Made by a program: the position numbers and the translations under genes. A stretch of 41,498 bases of DNA from a virus (lineage: Duplodnaviria > Caudoviricetes). How positions within the stretch are numbered: the first letter of the stretch is position 1; each line of letters begins with the position of its first letter. Positions 17,071-25,491 of this stretch are shown piece by piece. The notes under the pieces were generated by a model. It did no database searches. It saw only the letters and a program-made list of their open reading frames with translations, and had not been told where the DNA came from. The stretch spans positions 1-41,498 of IMG/VR virus record IMGVR_UViG_3300017700_000368, one strand, 5' to 3'.

Positions 17071-17730
17071 ATGGCATTTATTGCAAAAGACTCTGGCGGT
17101 GGTAACTTCAAGCGCGTTCCTGCGGGCGTGTTCATTGGCCGTTGTTTCAGCCTGATCGACTTGGGCACACAGCTTTCGTCCGGCCAGTACGGCGACAAGC
17201 TGCAGCACAAGATCCGCATCGGGTGGGAATTGTTCGGCGAAGACGACGCAGGCGCGCCGCTGACCATCGATGTTGACGGCAAGGAAATGCCTCTGACCAT
17301 CAGCAAGTCCTACACGGTCAGCCTTCACGAAAAAGCCAGCCTGCGCAAGGATCTGGCGGCGTGGCGCGGCAAGGACTTCACCGACGAAGAGGCCAAGGCT
17401 TTCGACGTGTCCAAGTTGCTGGGCGCTTACTGCATGGTCAACGTGACCACCAGCGAAACCAACGGCAAGACCTACAGCAATGTGGGGGGCCTCACGCCGC
17501 TGCCAGGCGCGCTCAAAAACGCGAAACCCGCCCCGGTGCATGAGCATGTTGTGTTCGACCTCGACACGCCGGACATGAAGGTTTTCAACGCCTTCCACGA
17601 AAAGCTGCAGGACGCCATCAAGCGCAGTCCGGAATGGGCGCGCTCGCAAGGGCTGGAGCCGTCGCCGCGCGCCTCTGGTTTTGACGACATGCCGGATGAC
17701 AACTTTGACCACGGCGAACCGCCATTCTGA
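17071..17730 (+). CDS. Putative ssDNA-binding/replication protein (NGO0469-like)
   Basis: PAGVFIGRC..LIDLGTQ, YTVSLHEKASLRKDL..WRG, SSB-type acidic tail DDMPDD...PPF. Confidence 0.7.
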   Translation: MAFIAKDSGGGNFKRVPAGVFIGRCFSLIDLGTQLSSGQYGDKLQHKIRIGWELFGEDDAGAPLTIDVDGKEMPLTISKSYTVSLHEKASLRKDLAAWRGKDFTDEEAKAFDVSKLLGAYCMVNVTTSETNGKTYSNVGGLTPLPGALKNAKPAPVHEHVVFDLDTPDMKVFNAFHEKLQDAIKRSPEWARSQGLEPSPRASGFDDMPDDNFDHGEPPF

Positions 17731-17737
17731 GGCCATC

Positions 17738-18532
17738 ATGCAAGAACACCTGTACCTTGATATCGAAACCATCCCAGCCCAGCGCCCCGACGTGCTGGCA
17801 GAAATCCGCGAGAGCAAGCAAACCCAGCTTGCCGCCGACATTGACGCCATCCGCGCTCCCGGCAACTACAAGGACGCCGAGAAGATCGCTGCCTGGATGA
17901 GCAACGAAGGCCAACAGAAGGCGCAGGCGCTGCACGACGCCTTCGATGCCGACGTGGACGCCGCCTACCGCAAGACTGGCTTGGACGGTGCTTACGGGCA
18001 GATCTGCGTGATCGGCTTTGCGCTTGATAACGCATCCGCCAGAACATACCGTGTGGATAACTTGGACTCCTTACAAGAAGGCTCTTTACTGGCGGACTTC
18101 TCCGATTGGTTGGAGCAGACCATCAAGCCCTCCGCGCAGCGATCAATTTGCGTCGTCGGACACAACGTCTGCAACTTTGACCTGCGGTTTCTGGTGCAGC
18201 GACACATTGTTCACGGCGTCCAGCCGCATCCGATCATCCGCGCCGCCAGCCAAGCCAAGCCGTGGGATGCGACCGTATTCGACACGATGGTTCAGTGGGC
18301 CGGTGTCGGCAAATCCATCAGCCTGGACAAGTTGTGCAAGGCACTGGGCATCAAGTCGCCAAAGGGTGATCTGGACGGCTCCAAGGTCTGGGATTACGTG
18401 CAAGCCGGCCGCATTGCCGAGGTTGCCGAGTACTGCGCCGGGGATGTGGCTGCGACCCGCGAAGTGCATCGCCGCCTGACATTTCGCGCCGCGCCGGTTG
18501 CCGCCCCGGAGATGGCAGACGTGGAATTTTGA
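17738..18532 (+). CDS. 3'-5' exonuclease (PolB-like DEDD)
   Basis: LDIETIP, GHNVCNFDLRFL, SLDKLCKALG, YCAGDV. Confidence 0.88.
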   Translation: MQEHLYLDIETIPAQRPDVLAEIRESKQTQLAADIDAIRAPGNYKDAEKIAAWMSNEGQQKAQALHDAFDADVDAAYRKTGLDGAYGQICVIGFALDNASARTYRVDNLDSLQEGSLLADFSDWLEQTIKPSAQRSICVVGHNVCNFDLRFLVQRHIVHGVQPHPIIRAASQAKPWDATVFDTMVQWAGVGKSISLDKLCKALGIKSPKGDLDGSKVWDYVQAGRIAEVAEYCAGDVAATREVHRRLTFRAAPVAAPEMADVEF

Positions 18533-18537
18533 TTTAC

Positions 18538-18616
18538 GGGACCACTCCAGCCAACAGAACGCCAGAGCCGAAACGTAAGCCTAGTAAGCCGATGGCCGGA
18601 TGGCGGCTGGAGCCCC
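18538..18616 (+). ncRNA. Candidate structured RNA upstream of the ACP gene
   Basis: CTCCAGCC (18545) / GGCTGGAG (18605) stem with inner GCCA/TGGC. Confidence 0.35.
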
Positions 18617-18637
18617 ACCTAACTTTTGGAGATTGAG

Positions 18638-18877
18638 ATGAGAACAAACAGTCAACGAATTATCCGTGTGATTGCCGAACAACTGGGCATTGATGAAAAC
18701 ATCGTGACCCCCGAAAAATCTTTGACCGCCGACCTTGGCGCCGACAGCCTCGATGACATTGAACTTGTCATGGCGATAGAGGATGAATTCGGCATCGAGA
18801 TTTCAGACGACGAGGCCGAGCGCTGCACGACTGTCCAGTATGTCTTTGATCTTGTTGCGCGGTATGCCAAATCATGA
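18638..18877 (+). CDS. acpP: Acyl carrier protein
   Basis: DLGADSLDDIELVMAIEDEFGIEISDDEAE...TVQ with the phosphopantetheine Ser intact; GGAG RBS. Confidence 0.95.
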   Translation: MRTNSQRIIRVIAEQLGIDENIVTPEKSLTADLGADSLDDIELVMAIEDEFGIEISDDEAERCTTVQYVFDLVARYAKS

Positions 18878-19035
18878 ACCACCGCCAACACGTCGAGGCA
18901 TTCAAAGCCAAACACGCACCCCCGCCAGACATTGACGAGGAACTACTTGAAATGATCAATGACGCGGTGAAAGAGCGGGCAGACAACCGAGATAACCAAG
19001 GAGAGAGGCATGAAAACTCTGACGATTCCAATTAA
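18874..19035 (+). CDS. Small hypothetical protein (53 aa)
   Basis: ATGA-coupled to ACP; MNHRQHVEAF... Confidence 0.55.
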   Translation: MNHRQHVEAFKAKHAPPPDIDEELLEMINDAVKERADNRDNQGERHENSDDSN

Positions 19036-19288
19036 CGGCGTGTACTTCGACCAGATCGTTGCTGGCACGAAGCCCGAGGAATTCCGGCTTTGCACGCCCT
19101 ACTGGAGAAAACGGCTGGAAGGTCGCGAGTATGACTTTGTGACCATAACCAAAGGCTATCCATCGTCAACAGACTTGCAGCGCCGCAGGACTTACCCGTG
19201 GCGCGGCTTCACGGTGAAAACCATCACACACGAGTTCTTCGGCCCGGAGCCGGTCGAAGTGTTTGCAATCAAGGTAGGGAGAGAGTGA
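19010..19288 (+). CDS. ASCH/PUA-like domain protein
   Basis: LTIPING.YFDQIVAGTKPEEFR...YWRKRL...GYP. Confidence 0.85.
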   Translation: MKTLTIPINGVYFDQIVAGTKPEEFRLCTPYWRKRLEGREYDFVTITKGYPSSTDLQRRRTYPWRGFTVKTITHEFFGPEPVEVFAIKVGRE

Positions 19289-19638
19289 TGGACGCGAAAC
19301 AGAAAATTGACGGCGAGCGCGATTTGATCGCGGAGTTGCGCAAGGTGGCAGAACAGATCGCCGCCGAAGGTCACGCCGGATGGGGCAACACATGCCTTGA
19401 CGCCGCCCAGACCCTTGCAAGCAAGGAGGCCGAGGTGGCGAGGTTGCGGAAGATTGAAACGCGCTATCAGTGGCTGTCCGATCGGTACTTGGGTGCCGAC
19501 TTCGAATACGGCGAAAACGATTTGGACATGCGAAACGGCACGCCTGTTTTGCTAATCAGCTTTGACGCAAAAACCGTCTACGGCGGACTGGACGAAACCA
19601 TCGACGCCGCCCTCACCCCACAACCCCCGAAGGATTGA
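19288..19638 (+). CDS. Ead/Ea22-like protein
   Basis: EVARLRKIETRYQWL...LDETIDAAL. Confidence 0.7.
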   Translation: MDAKQKIDGERDLIAELRKVAEQIAAEGHAGWGNTCLDAAQTLASKEAEVARLRKIETRYQWLSDRYLGADFEYGENDLDMRNGTPVLLISFDAKTVYGGLDETIDAALTPQPPKD

Positions 19639-19639
19639 C

Positions 19640-20110
19640 ATGACATCACCATCAAAAAACAGCCGAGCGGTAGAGGCGGCGCTTCACCGCGATCAGGACG
19701 GCACGTTTTATTTGAAGTACGAAAATAGTGAGCAGACATACGACGTTGCCATGCGCAATTCGCCGCTCGCCAAGGCAATCGATGCCTACGTTGCCAGCCA
19801 GCAGGAGGTGGCGGCACCTGTCGGGGATGACTTTATCCAGCAGGCGAGAATTCTTGCTGCCAACCAGCGTGGCCTTGTGATGTCGGCAAGTAAAAAGGTT
19901 GCCGACCAGATAGACGCTCTGTGTGACGAAATCTTAAGGCTTCGCGCCGCCAGCCGTGAAAGTCTCGCCCATCCCACCCCCGAACAAGGGCGGGCGGTGG
20001 ATGTAGTGGCGGTGGCGTTCAAGCATGGAGTGAAATATCCAGCAGGTCGCTGGCATTTCACAGATGAACAACTCGAAGCATTCGCAAAAGAACTGAAAGC
20101 CACATCATGA
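19640..20110 (+). CDS. Modular hypothetical protein B
   Basis: AAGGA RBS; shares linker peptides with 20302..21624. Confidence 0.7.
   Translation: MTSPSKNSRAVEAALHRDQDGTFYLKYENSEQTYDVAMRNSPLAKAIDAYVASQQEVAAPVGDDFIQQARILAANQRGLVMSASKKVADQIDALCDEILRLRAASRESLAHPTPEQGRAVDVVAVAFKHGVKYPAGRWHFTDEQLEAFAKELKATS
19794..19827 (+). repeat. 34-bp direct repeat, copy 1 (encodes SQQEVAAPVGD)
   Basis: CCAGCCAGCAGGAGGTGGCGGCACCTGTCGGGGA, identical at 20492-20525. Confidence 0.95.
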
Positions 20111-20295
20111 GCGCAAACACACCCCAGGCCGGTAGCGGCGTGACGGAGCAGGCAATCGAAGCGCTTGAAAGCTGCGGCGTCGGCGGCTACCGCGACATTG
20201 ATGGCGACTGGTGCGAGCGCCTTTACTTCGACAAGGAAAAGGTGGCAGGCGCTTTGTCTGCCCTCCGCGCCGCCCTCACCCAACCTACGGAGTAA
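20107..20295 (+). CDS. Small hypothetical protein C
   Basis: ATGA overlap; ends LRAALTQP. Confidence 0.65.
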   Translation: MSANTPQAGSGVTEQAIEALESCGVGGYRDIDGDWCERLYFDKEKVAGALSALRAALTQPTE

Positions 20296-20301
20296 GCCGA
20301 A

Positions 20302-21624
20302 ATGAACGACAAATCACACAGCCCAGCGGTAGAGGCGGCAGACCTGCAAGATTTTGAACAATGGATTGAGGAAGTCGCGGGGCCGGGCGCGCTGACGAAA
20401 TGGCCCAACACTTCCGGCACGGCGTACGAGAACACCCGCGTGCAGGACTACCGCACAGGCTGGTGCGCGCATCGTGCCCGCGCCGCCCTTACCAGCCAGC
20501 AGGAGGTGGCGGCACCTGTCGGGGACGCGGAATTGCAAGCGGCGCTGAAGCTCATCGGCGGACCCCTGCAGGTGAGCGGCCAGCGCGGGCTGCGTCACAT
20601 CGAAACCGGTGCCGAGCATCCATTGATGGCAGGCGCCCACATTGCCAGCGGAAAAAATGAGGCGTTGCTCGACGCGATTTGCACCGTGGTCAACGCCGCC
20701 AGCCGGGTGCCGGTTGCTTCGGTGGCGGTGGGTGAGCCGTTGAAGACGTTCACCGAAGACGATTATTTCTCCCTGCAGCGCGCCCATCGAATGCTGCGGC
20801 ACATCGCCGAGAACAGTTTCCCAGCCAAAGACCATGACCTTGATGGCGGCACACGCAGCGGCACCATCCGGGACGCCGTGTTGTTCGCCAAGAACGCGCT
20901 CAAGGGCTACGAAGCCGCGCTGTGTCACATATCCGACGGCATGTTCGCTACCCCTGTGCCCGGTGGTGCTGGTGGCGATGTGGGGGCGGGCCGTGGCGTC
21001 TTTACGCCTGCAATGCTTCACCCCATGACTGCCGATGAAAGGGCAAAACTAAACACCACGCTCTCCGATTTATTTGACCGTGACCGCGCCACCCCTGCGG
21101 CTTCTCCTGCAGTGGGCGAGGTGGTTACACCGGCAATGATCGACGCGGGAGCGAAGGCGGCGCGTGAATACTTTGAGCGTACGGGTGGCAACAGCCCAGG
21201 GGTGATCTACAGGGCCATGCGCGCAGCCGCACCGCAGGGTGCCGCCCCAGCAGTGGTGCAGCCCACCCCGGGGCAGGCCGACCAGGTCAGCGTGGTGGGG
21301 GTAACGGATGCGGCGGCAAAAGAGGCGCGCCAGCCATGGGCGCCAGCCATGAACATTCACGGCCCGCGGGGGCGGAAGGTCGTCTACACCGGCGAGAACG
21401 GCTATCCGAATGAGCACGTTTATGCAGTGAAAGCCGGGCTGGTTGTGGGGGCTGAATACGTCATCGAACGATGCGACATCCACAGCTCCAGCACCAGCGT
21501 CTTTCTCGCGGGCATCAAAGGCGGCTGGAACTCTGTCATCTTCGCCGACGTGAAGGACTGGAACGAATACATCGCCGCCATTCTCTGCACCGCCAGCCCT
21601 GCGGGTGAGGGTGATAAAGCATGA
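20302..21624 (+). CDS. Multi-module hypothetical protein D (440 aa)
   Basis: Several 40-90 aa modules separated by Ala/Pro/Val linkers. Confidence 0.75.
   Translation: MNDKSHSPAVEAADLQDFEQWIEEVAGPGALTKWPNTSGTAYENTRVQDYRTGWCAHRARAALTSQQEVAAPVGDAELQAALKLIGGPLQVSGQRGLRHIETGAEHPLMAGAHIASGKNEALLDAICTVVNAASRVPVASVAVGEPLKTFTEDDYFSLQRAHRMLRHIAENSFPAKDHDLDGGTRSGTIRDAVLFAKNALKGYEAALCHISDGMFATPVPGGAGGDVGAGRGVFTPAMLHPMTADERAKLNTTLSDLFDRDRATPAASPAVGEVVTPAMIDAGAKAAREYFERTGGNSPGVIYRAMRAAAPQGAAPAVVQPTPGQADQVSVVGVTDAAAKEARQPWAPAMNIHGPRGRKVVYTGENGYPNEHVYAVKAGLVVGAEYVIERCDIHSSSTSVFLAGIKGGWNSVIFADVKDWNEYIAAILCTASPAGEGDKA
20492..20525 (+). repeat. 34-bp direct repeat, copy 2
   Basis: Identical to 19794-19827. 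Confidence 0.95.
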
Positions 21625-21881
21625 GCGCGGCTGAAATTGATGATGGCGGCCCTGCTTTTCCTGTCAAGGTTGGCCGCGATAGCCTGCCACTGCAGGTCAG
21701 CGAAAACCAGTTTGTCATGCCTGGCATGTCGCTGCGCGACTACTTCGCGGCAAGGGCGTTGCAGGGAATGCTGACGACTGCCGGCGCGCCCAGCTTGAAC
21801 GGGCTTGATGGATACGAGGACATCACCGCGCAAGCGGCCTACAAGATCGCTAACGCCATGATTAAAGCGAGGACACTATGA
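21621..21881 (+). CDS. Conserved phage protein (GGPAFP/GMSLRDYFA family)
   Basis: DGGPAFP...GMSLRDYFAARALQGML...AYKIANAMIKAR. Confidence 0.85.
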   Translation: MSAAEIDDGGPAFPVKVGRDSLPLQVSENQFVMPGMSLRDYFAARALQGMLTTAGAPSLNGLDGYEDITAQAAYKIANAMIKARTL

Positions 21882-22567
21882 CCACACCCACACCCCATGG
21901 AGCGATGCCTGAGCTGCCCAACATCGAATTGGCGAGAGCGCACGGGGCCAGAGTCTCTGCGGAACATCGGCACCCAGACGACCCTCTTATTTCAATGAAT
22001 GGGCGGGAGCTTGCCGCCTACACCCGCGCCGCAATCCAGCAAGCCGCTGGCGCTGTACCCGAAGGGCGCTCGGACAAAGACTATGCGATTGAGCATGCCG
22101 AGTACATGGCGACGGCGGCAGAGCAGCTCGCCTATTCGGTCGATGCATTGGATGCCGCGCACTTGCTGGACGGCGAAACTCCGGGTGGTGCAGATGACGC
22201 GGTCAACGAAGCTCATGCGAACTACATCGAGGCACGGAAGGACCTGAGGTCAGCCGTCTATGAATTCCGCAAGCGCCGTGATCGCGCCGCCTCCCCCTCC
22301 TCGCCGGTACAGCCGGATTCAGGTCATTTGGGGGCGGGCGGGAGTCAGGATCATTTGGCCGCGTGTGCTGGGGGCGGGGTAATGCTGCCAACGCCTCCTG
22401 CGCAGCGCTGGCAAGTCGGTACTTGGACGCTGACCGCACCGGACGGCAGGACTTGGCAAGCCGATTCGCCTCTCAAAGCGTGCAGCGCCGAGCAACGCGA
22501 CCGCATCCCGCCAGAGGTAGCGCTCAAACGGATTTTCGACGCACTGGACGAAGGAGGCCCAACATGA
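21878..22567 (+). CDS. Multi-module hypothetical protein E
   Basis: MPELP and AVPEG linkers; YAIEHAEYMA...YEFRKR and WTLTAPDGRTWQADSPL modules. Confidence 0.7.
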   Translation: MTTPTPHGAMPELPNIELARAHGARVSAEHRHPDDPLISMNGRELAAYTRAAIQQAAGAVPEGRSDKDYAIEHAEYMATAAEQLAYSVDALDAAHLLDGETPGGADDAVNEAHANYIEARKDLRSAVYEFRKRRDRAASPSSPVQPDSGHLGAGGSQDHLAACAGGGVMLPTPPAQRWQVGTWTLTAPDGRTWQADSPLKACSAEQRDRIPPEVALKRIFDALDEGGPT

Positions 22568-22863
22568 TTACATCACTCATCCAGCGGTACAAGTCATGGC
22601 GCAAGCGTCGCTACTGGGCCGCGCGACACATGGAGTTTTTGCGAAACATGATTCTTGAGGACTGGCGCTGGCTGGCCGCAAACCCGACATGCGACGCCCT
22701 GACCACCCGATACAAGCGGGCCGCGTCCTCAAGCTGGTACGAACTGGAGCATGAATCATCGTCAGCGTTCCGCCAGCGACTGGGCGAAATCGCACCCCGC
22801 CCCGATGCACCCACCAGCCAAATAAATCCTGGCTCTGCTACCCGGGAGGATGGTCATGGGTGA
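22564..22863 (+). CDS. Hypothetical protein
   Basis: MITSLIQRY...; AGGAGG RBS. Confidence 0.65.
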   Translation: MITSLIQRYKSWRKRRYWAARHMEFLRNMILEDWRWLAANPTCDALTTRYKRAASSSWYELEHESSSAFRQRLGEIAPRPDAPTSQINPGSATREDGHG

Positions 22864-23218
22864 TCGTGAATTGCTTGAATTGGCGGCTAAGGCTGCGGGG
22901 TTGCGCGCGCGCTGGAATCGTGAGGTGAACTGCATGCGGCTACTGCCGGGCAAGAAAACGCCATACGGGATGACCTACAGCTACTGGGACCCTCTTGCAG
23001 ATGATGGCGCGGCGCTTCGGCTGGCTGTAAAGCTGGGCCTCAGGGTGGTCTGCCACCCCGCCCTGAATCAAACCATCGTGCGCGAGTACCACGCCACCGA
23101 AAATGAGTGGACCGAGAACTGCGAAGACCACATTGACCCTGACGCCGCAACCCGCCGCGCCATCACCCGCGCCGCTGCTGAAATTGGAAAGACTCAAACC
23201 AAGGAAGGGCCGACATGA
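22856..23218 (+). CDS. Conserved phage protein
   Basis: DRELLELAAKAAG...WDPLADDGAALRLAVKL...ATRRAITRAAAEIG. Confidence 0.8.
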   Translation: MGDRELLELAAKAAGLRARWNREVNCMRLLPGKKTPYGMTYSYWDPLADDGAALRLAVKLGLRVVCHPALNQTIVREYHATENEWTENCEDHIDPDAATRRAITRAAAEIGKTQTKEGPT

Positions 23219-23430
23219 ACGACAGTGAGTTTTTGTCAGCGCAAGAACTGCACGGCCTGACCGGGTTTGCCCGAGCCGCTGAGCAGGACGCCTGGCTGAA
23301 AGAGCGCAGCATCCCGCACCGCAGGGACGGGCGCCGGGTTGTCGTGTCCCGCTTTCACGCACGCGCTTGGCTGGAAGGCCGGGAAGCTGTAGCATCGAAT
23401 GCCCCCAACATAGCCGCTCTCCGTGCCTAA
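23215..23430 (+). CDS. Excisionase-like protein (DUF4224-like)
   Basis: FLSAQELHGLTG...Q..WL....IP; overlaps the int start. Confidence 0.8.
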   Translation: MNDSEFLSAQELHGLTGFARAAEQDAWLKERSIPHRRDGRRVVVSRFHARAWLEGREAVASNAPNIAALRA

Positions 23431-24454
23431 ACTGACCAAGTACCCCCGGCTTCGCGTACACGTCCGCAAGGGCGCGAACGGGCAACGCTACGTCTATCAT
23501 TTTTATGACATGCGCGGCGAGGGTGTGCCGGATATTCCGCTTGGCCGCGACCGGGACGAAGCGCTGGCCCAGTGGGACGCGCTGCACAACAACAAGCCAC
23601 GCATCAAGGGCACGATGGAAGAAGCGTTTTTGCAGTGGGAGCAGGACAAGCTGCCAGAGTATGACAACAAGGAAACGCGCCGGGGCTACGCAAAAAGCCT
23701 GAAATGGCTGCGCAAGGTGTTCGCTACGGCCACATGGGACGCGACCAAGCTGGTGCATCTGGTGGACTACCTCAAGGCGCGCAAGGGCAAGACGCAGGCA
23801 AACCGGGAAATGGCGCTGCTGTCGCTGATCTGGCATCAGGCCCAAATGTGGGGCATGACGACGCTGCCCTACCCAGCCGCAGGGCTGAAGCGTGCCAAGT
23901 GGAAAAATCAGGAATTCGCCCGTGAGTTTGAAGTCACCGACGAACTGTTTGAAATCGTCTATTCGGTAGCCGAGCCGATGCTTAGGGATTGCATGGATCT
24001 ATCCACGGCAACAGGAATGCGGCTGACCGACTGCCGCGAGGTCACGCTACCGGCAAACAACATGCTGCGCGTAAAGGCCAGCAAAACGGGCAAGAAGGCC
24101 GATTTTGACCTTGCCCTTTCCCAAGTGCTGCCCGACCTGCTGGCGCGGCGCAGGTCGCTGTTTACCACTCATCTGATGTTGCTGTCCATGCCTGACGGCT
24201 CGCCAGTCACGCCCGCGAAGCTGCGGGGCGCATACGACCGCGCCAGGATACGCGCCGCCGTGGTGGCGGGCATTTGGAACGATGAGCCGCTGATTCTGCA
24301 GATCAGGGCTATGGTTCTGCGGGACATGCGCAAGCGAGCCAGCGACCTGTCCAGCAGTGACGCAGAGGCATCGGAATTGCTTCAGCACTCGTCGGTGGGG
24401 TTGACCCGCAAACACTACCGCAGCAAGGCTGCACAACTTAAACCAGTGAGGTGA
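23423..24454 (+). CDS. int: Tyrosine integrase
   Basis: TGMRLTD, KASKTGK, LRDMRK (Arg in place of the box-II His), LLQH, TRKHY; N-terminal arm-binding domain. Confidence 0.93.
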   Translation: MPKLTKYPRLRVHVRKGANGQRYVYHFYDMRGEGVPDIPLGRDRDEALAQWDALHNNKPRIKGTMEEAFLQWEQDKLPEYDNKETRRGYAKSLKWLRKVFATATWDATKLVHLVDYLKARKGKTQANREMALLSLIWHQAQMWGMTTLPYPAAGLKRAKWKNQEFAREFEVTDELFEIVYSVAEPMLRDCMDLSTATGMRLTDCREVTLPANNMLRVKASKTGKKADFDLALSQVLPDLLARRRSLFTTHLMLLSMPDGSPVTPAKLRGAYDRARIRAAVVAGIWNDEPLILQIRAMVLRDMRKRASDLSSSDAEASELLQHSSVGLTRKHYRSKAAQLKPVR

Positions 24455-24456
24455 AT

Positions 24457-24756
24457 ATGGCAAGAATGGATGAGGGCTATTTTGAGGAAAAAAGAAATAT
24501 GGCGATGCAGGGTATGGACGACACCATTAGCAACGTGAAAGATGCACTGCTGTTGGTTAATACATTGCAATACGACATGCTGGACTTAACCTCGCCGAAT
24601 ACTTTTCATGAAACGATCATGGCCGCATGCAGTGCGTTGGTGACCGTGCGACTCAATTTCGAAAAGGCCCGGTGGGCAGCATCAAATACAAGATTGGAGT
24701 TTTTCGATTGGCTTAAGGTTGAGCGCGAGGATTTGTTTAAAACCTTTACCGCGTGA
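24457..24756 (+). CDS. Hypothetical protein (lower GC)
   Basis: GAGG RBS; 99 aa, helical. Confidence 0.65.
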   Translation: MARMDEGYFEEKRNMAMQGMDDTISNVKDALLLVNTLQYDMLDLTSPNTFHETIMAACSALVTVRLNFEKARWAASNTRLEFFDWLKVEREDLFKTFTA

Positions 24757-24800
24757 CAATTTTTGTGCTACATTAATCAAATCAAATTAGGAGTTAATCC

Positions 24801-25013
24801 ATGGAAGTCAGCTCTATCAATATCGACAATGAAGTGCGGATGATTGAGCGTTTCCGCTTTGACAAGCTGAGAGCGTCTAGTGTGAGCGCACTCAAGCACG
24901 CCTCCTTGGTTCTTGCATATGCGGAGGATGGGCAGGCAAATTGCCCCGAAGCCTATCAAGAGATGGTGAGCCTTGTCCATGCCTTGACAGGCGGTTTGTC
25001 GGACGCGGTGTGA
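24801..25013 (+). CDS. Hypothetical protein
   Basis: AGGAG RBS; extended -10 TGcTACATT upstream. Confidence 0.65.
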   Translation: MEVSSINIDNEVRMIERFRFDKLRASSVSALKHASLVLAYAEDGQANCPEAYQEMVSLVHALTGGLSDAV

Positions 25014-25177
25014 AATTGAAACCAACCAAACGCGGGCGCCCAGTGCTGCCGCCAGAACTGGCGACAAAGCCTCACGCCGTCCGGCTGACCGATTCCCGCT
25101 GGGAAAAGCTCAAGCGGCTCGGGTCCGGATGGCTTAACCGTGCGATTGACCGCGCCAAAGAAAAGGAACAGCAATGA
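25010..25177 (+). CDS. Small RHH/BrnA-antitoxin-like DNA-binding protein
   Basis: KRGRP...K..AVRLT...WEKLKRLGSGWLNRAID; GTGA overlap. Confidence 0.6.
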   Translation: MKLKPTKRGRPVLPPELATKPHAVRLTDSRWEKLKRLGSGWLNRAIDRAKEKEQQ

Positions 25178-25431
25178 GCACATCTGAACAAATTCATGCT
25201 CTGCACGCGCAAAGTGCCAAGGCATCGCTACAGCTCTCAGCCATCCGCAGAGGAACTCAGTTCCTCAGAGACTCGTCACCGAAGGGTGCACGGATGACGG
25301 AGGCTCAGGCTCGTGCGGCCTTCGGCTTTGTATGTGATTCGCTAGGTTTGGACCCGGCAGCAACCGGAGAGAAGTTCATCGAGTTTGCCGTTTCCGCAAA
25401 AACGGATTCACCAGCGAGCGAATCGGCGTAA
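25174..25431 (+). CDS. Hypothetical protein
   Basis: ATGA overlap; AAGGA RBS. Confidence 0.55.
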   Translation: MSTSEQIHALHAQSAKASLQLSAIRRGTQFLRDSSPKGARMTEAQARAAFGFVCDSLGLDPAATGEKFIEFAVSAKTDSPASESA

Positions 25432-25491
25432 TATGCAAACTTCATGCGGAATAGAATCAGCCGAAAACCGCACCAATCCTAGAAATAGCTC

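Noticed and set aside
18538-18616. Hammerhead or other known ribozyme
   Set aside because: GAAAC is present but there is no CTGANGA core; kept only as an unassigned structure.
19794-20525. CRISPR array or DGR template/variable repeat
   Set aside because: Only two identical in-frame copies 698 bp apart, no adenine-specific mismatches, and no cas or reverse transcriptase gene.
24320-24345. Inactive integrase because HxxR reads RDMR
   Set aside because: The other catalytic residues are present, this position is known to vary, and attP is intact.
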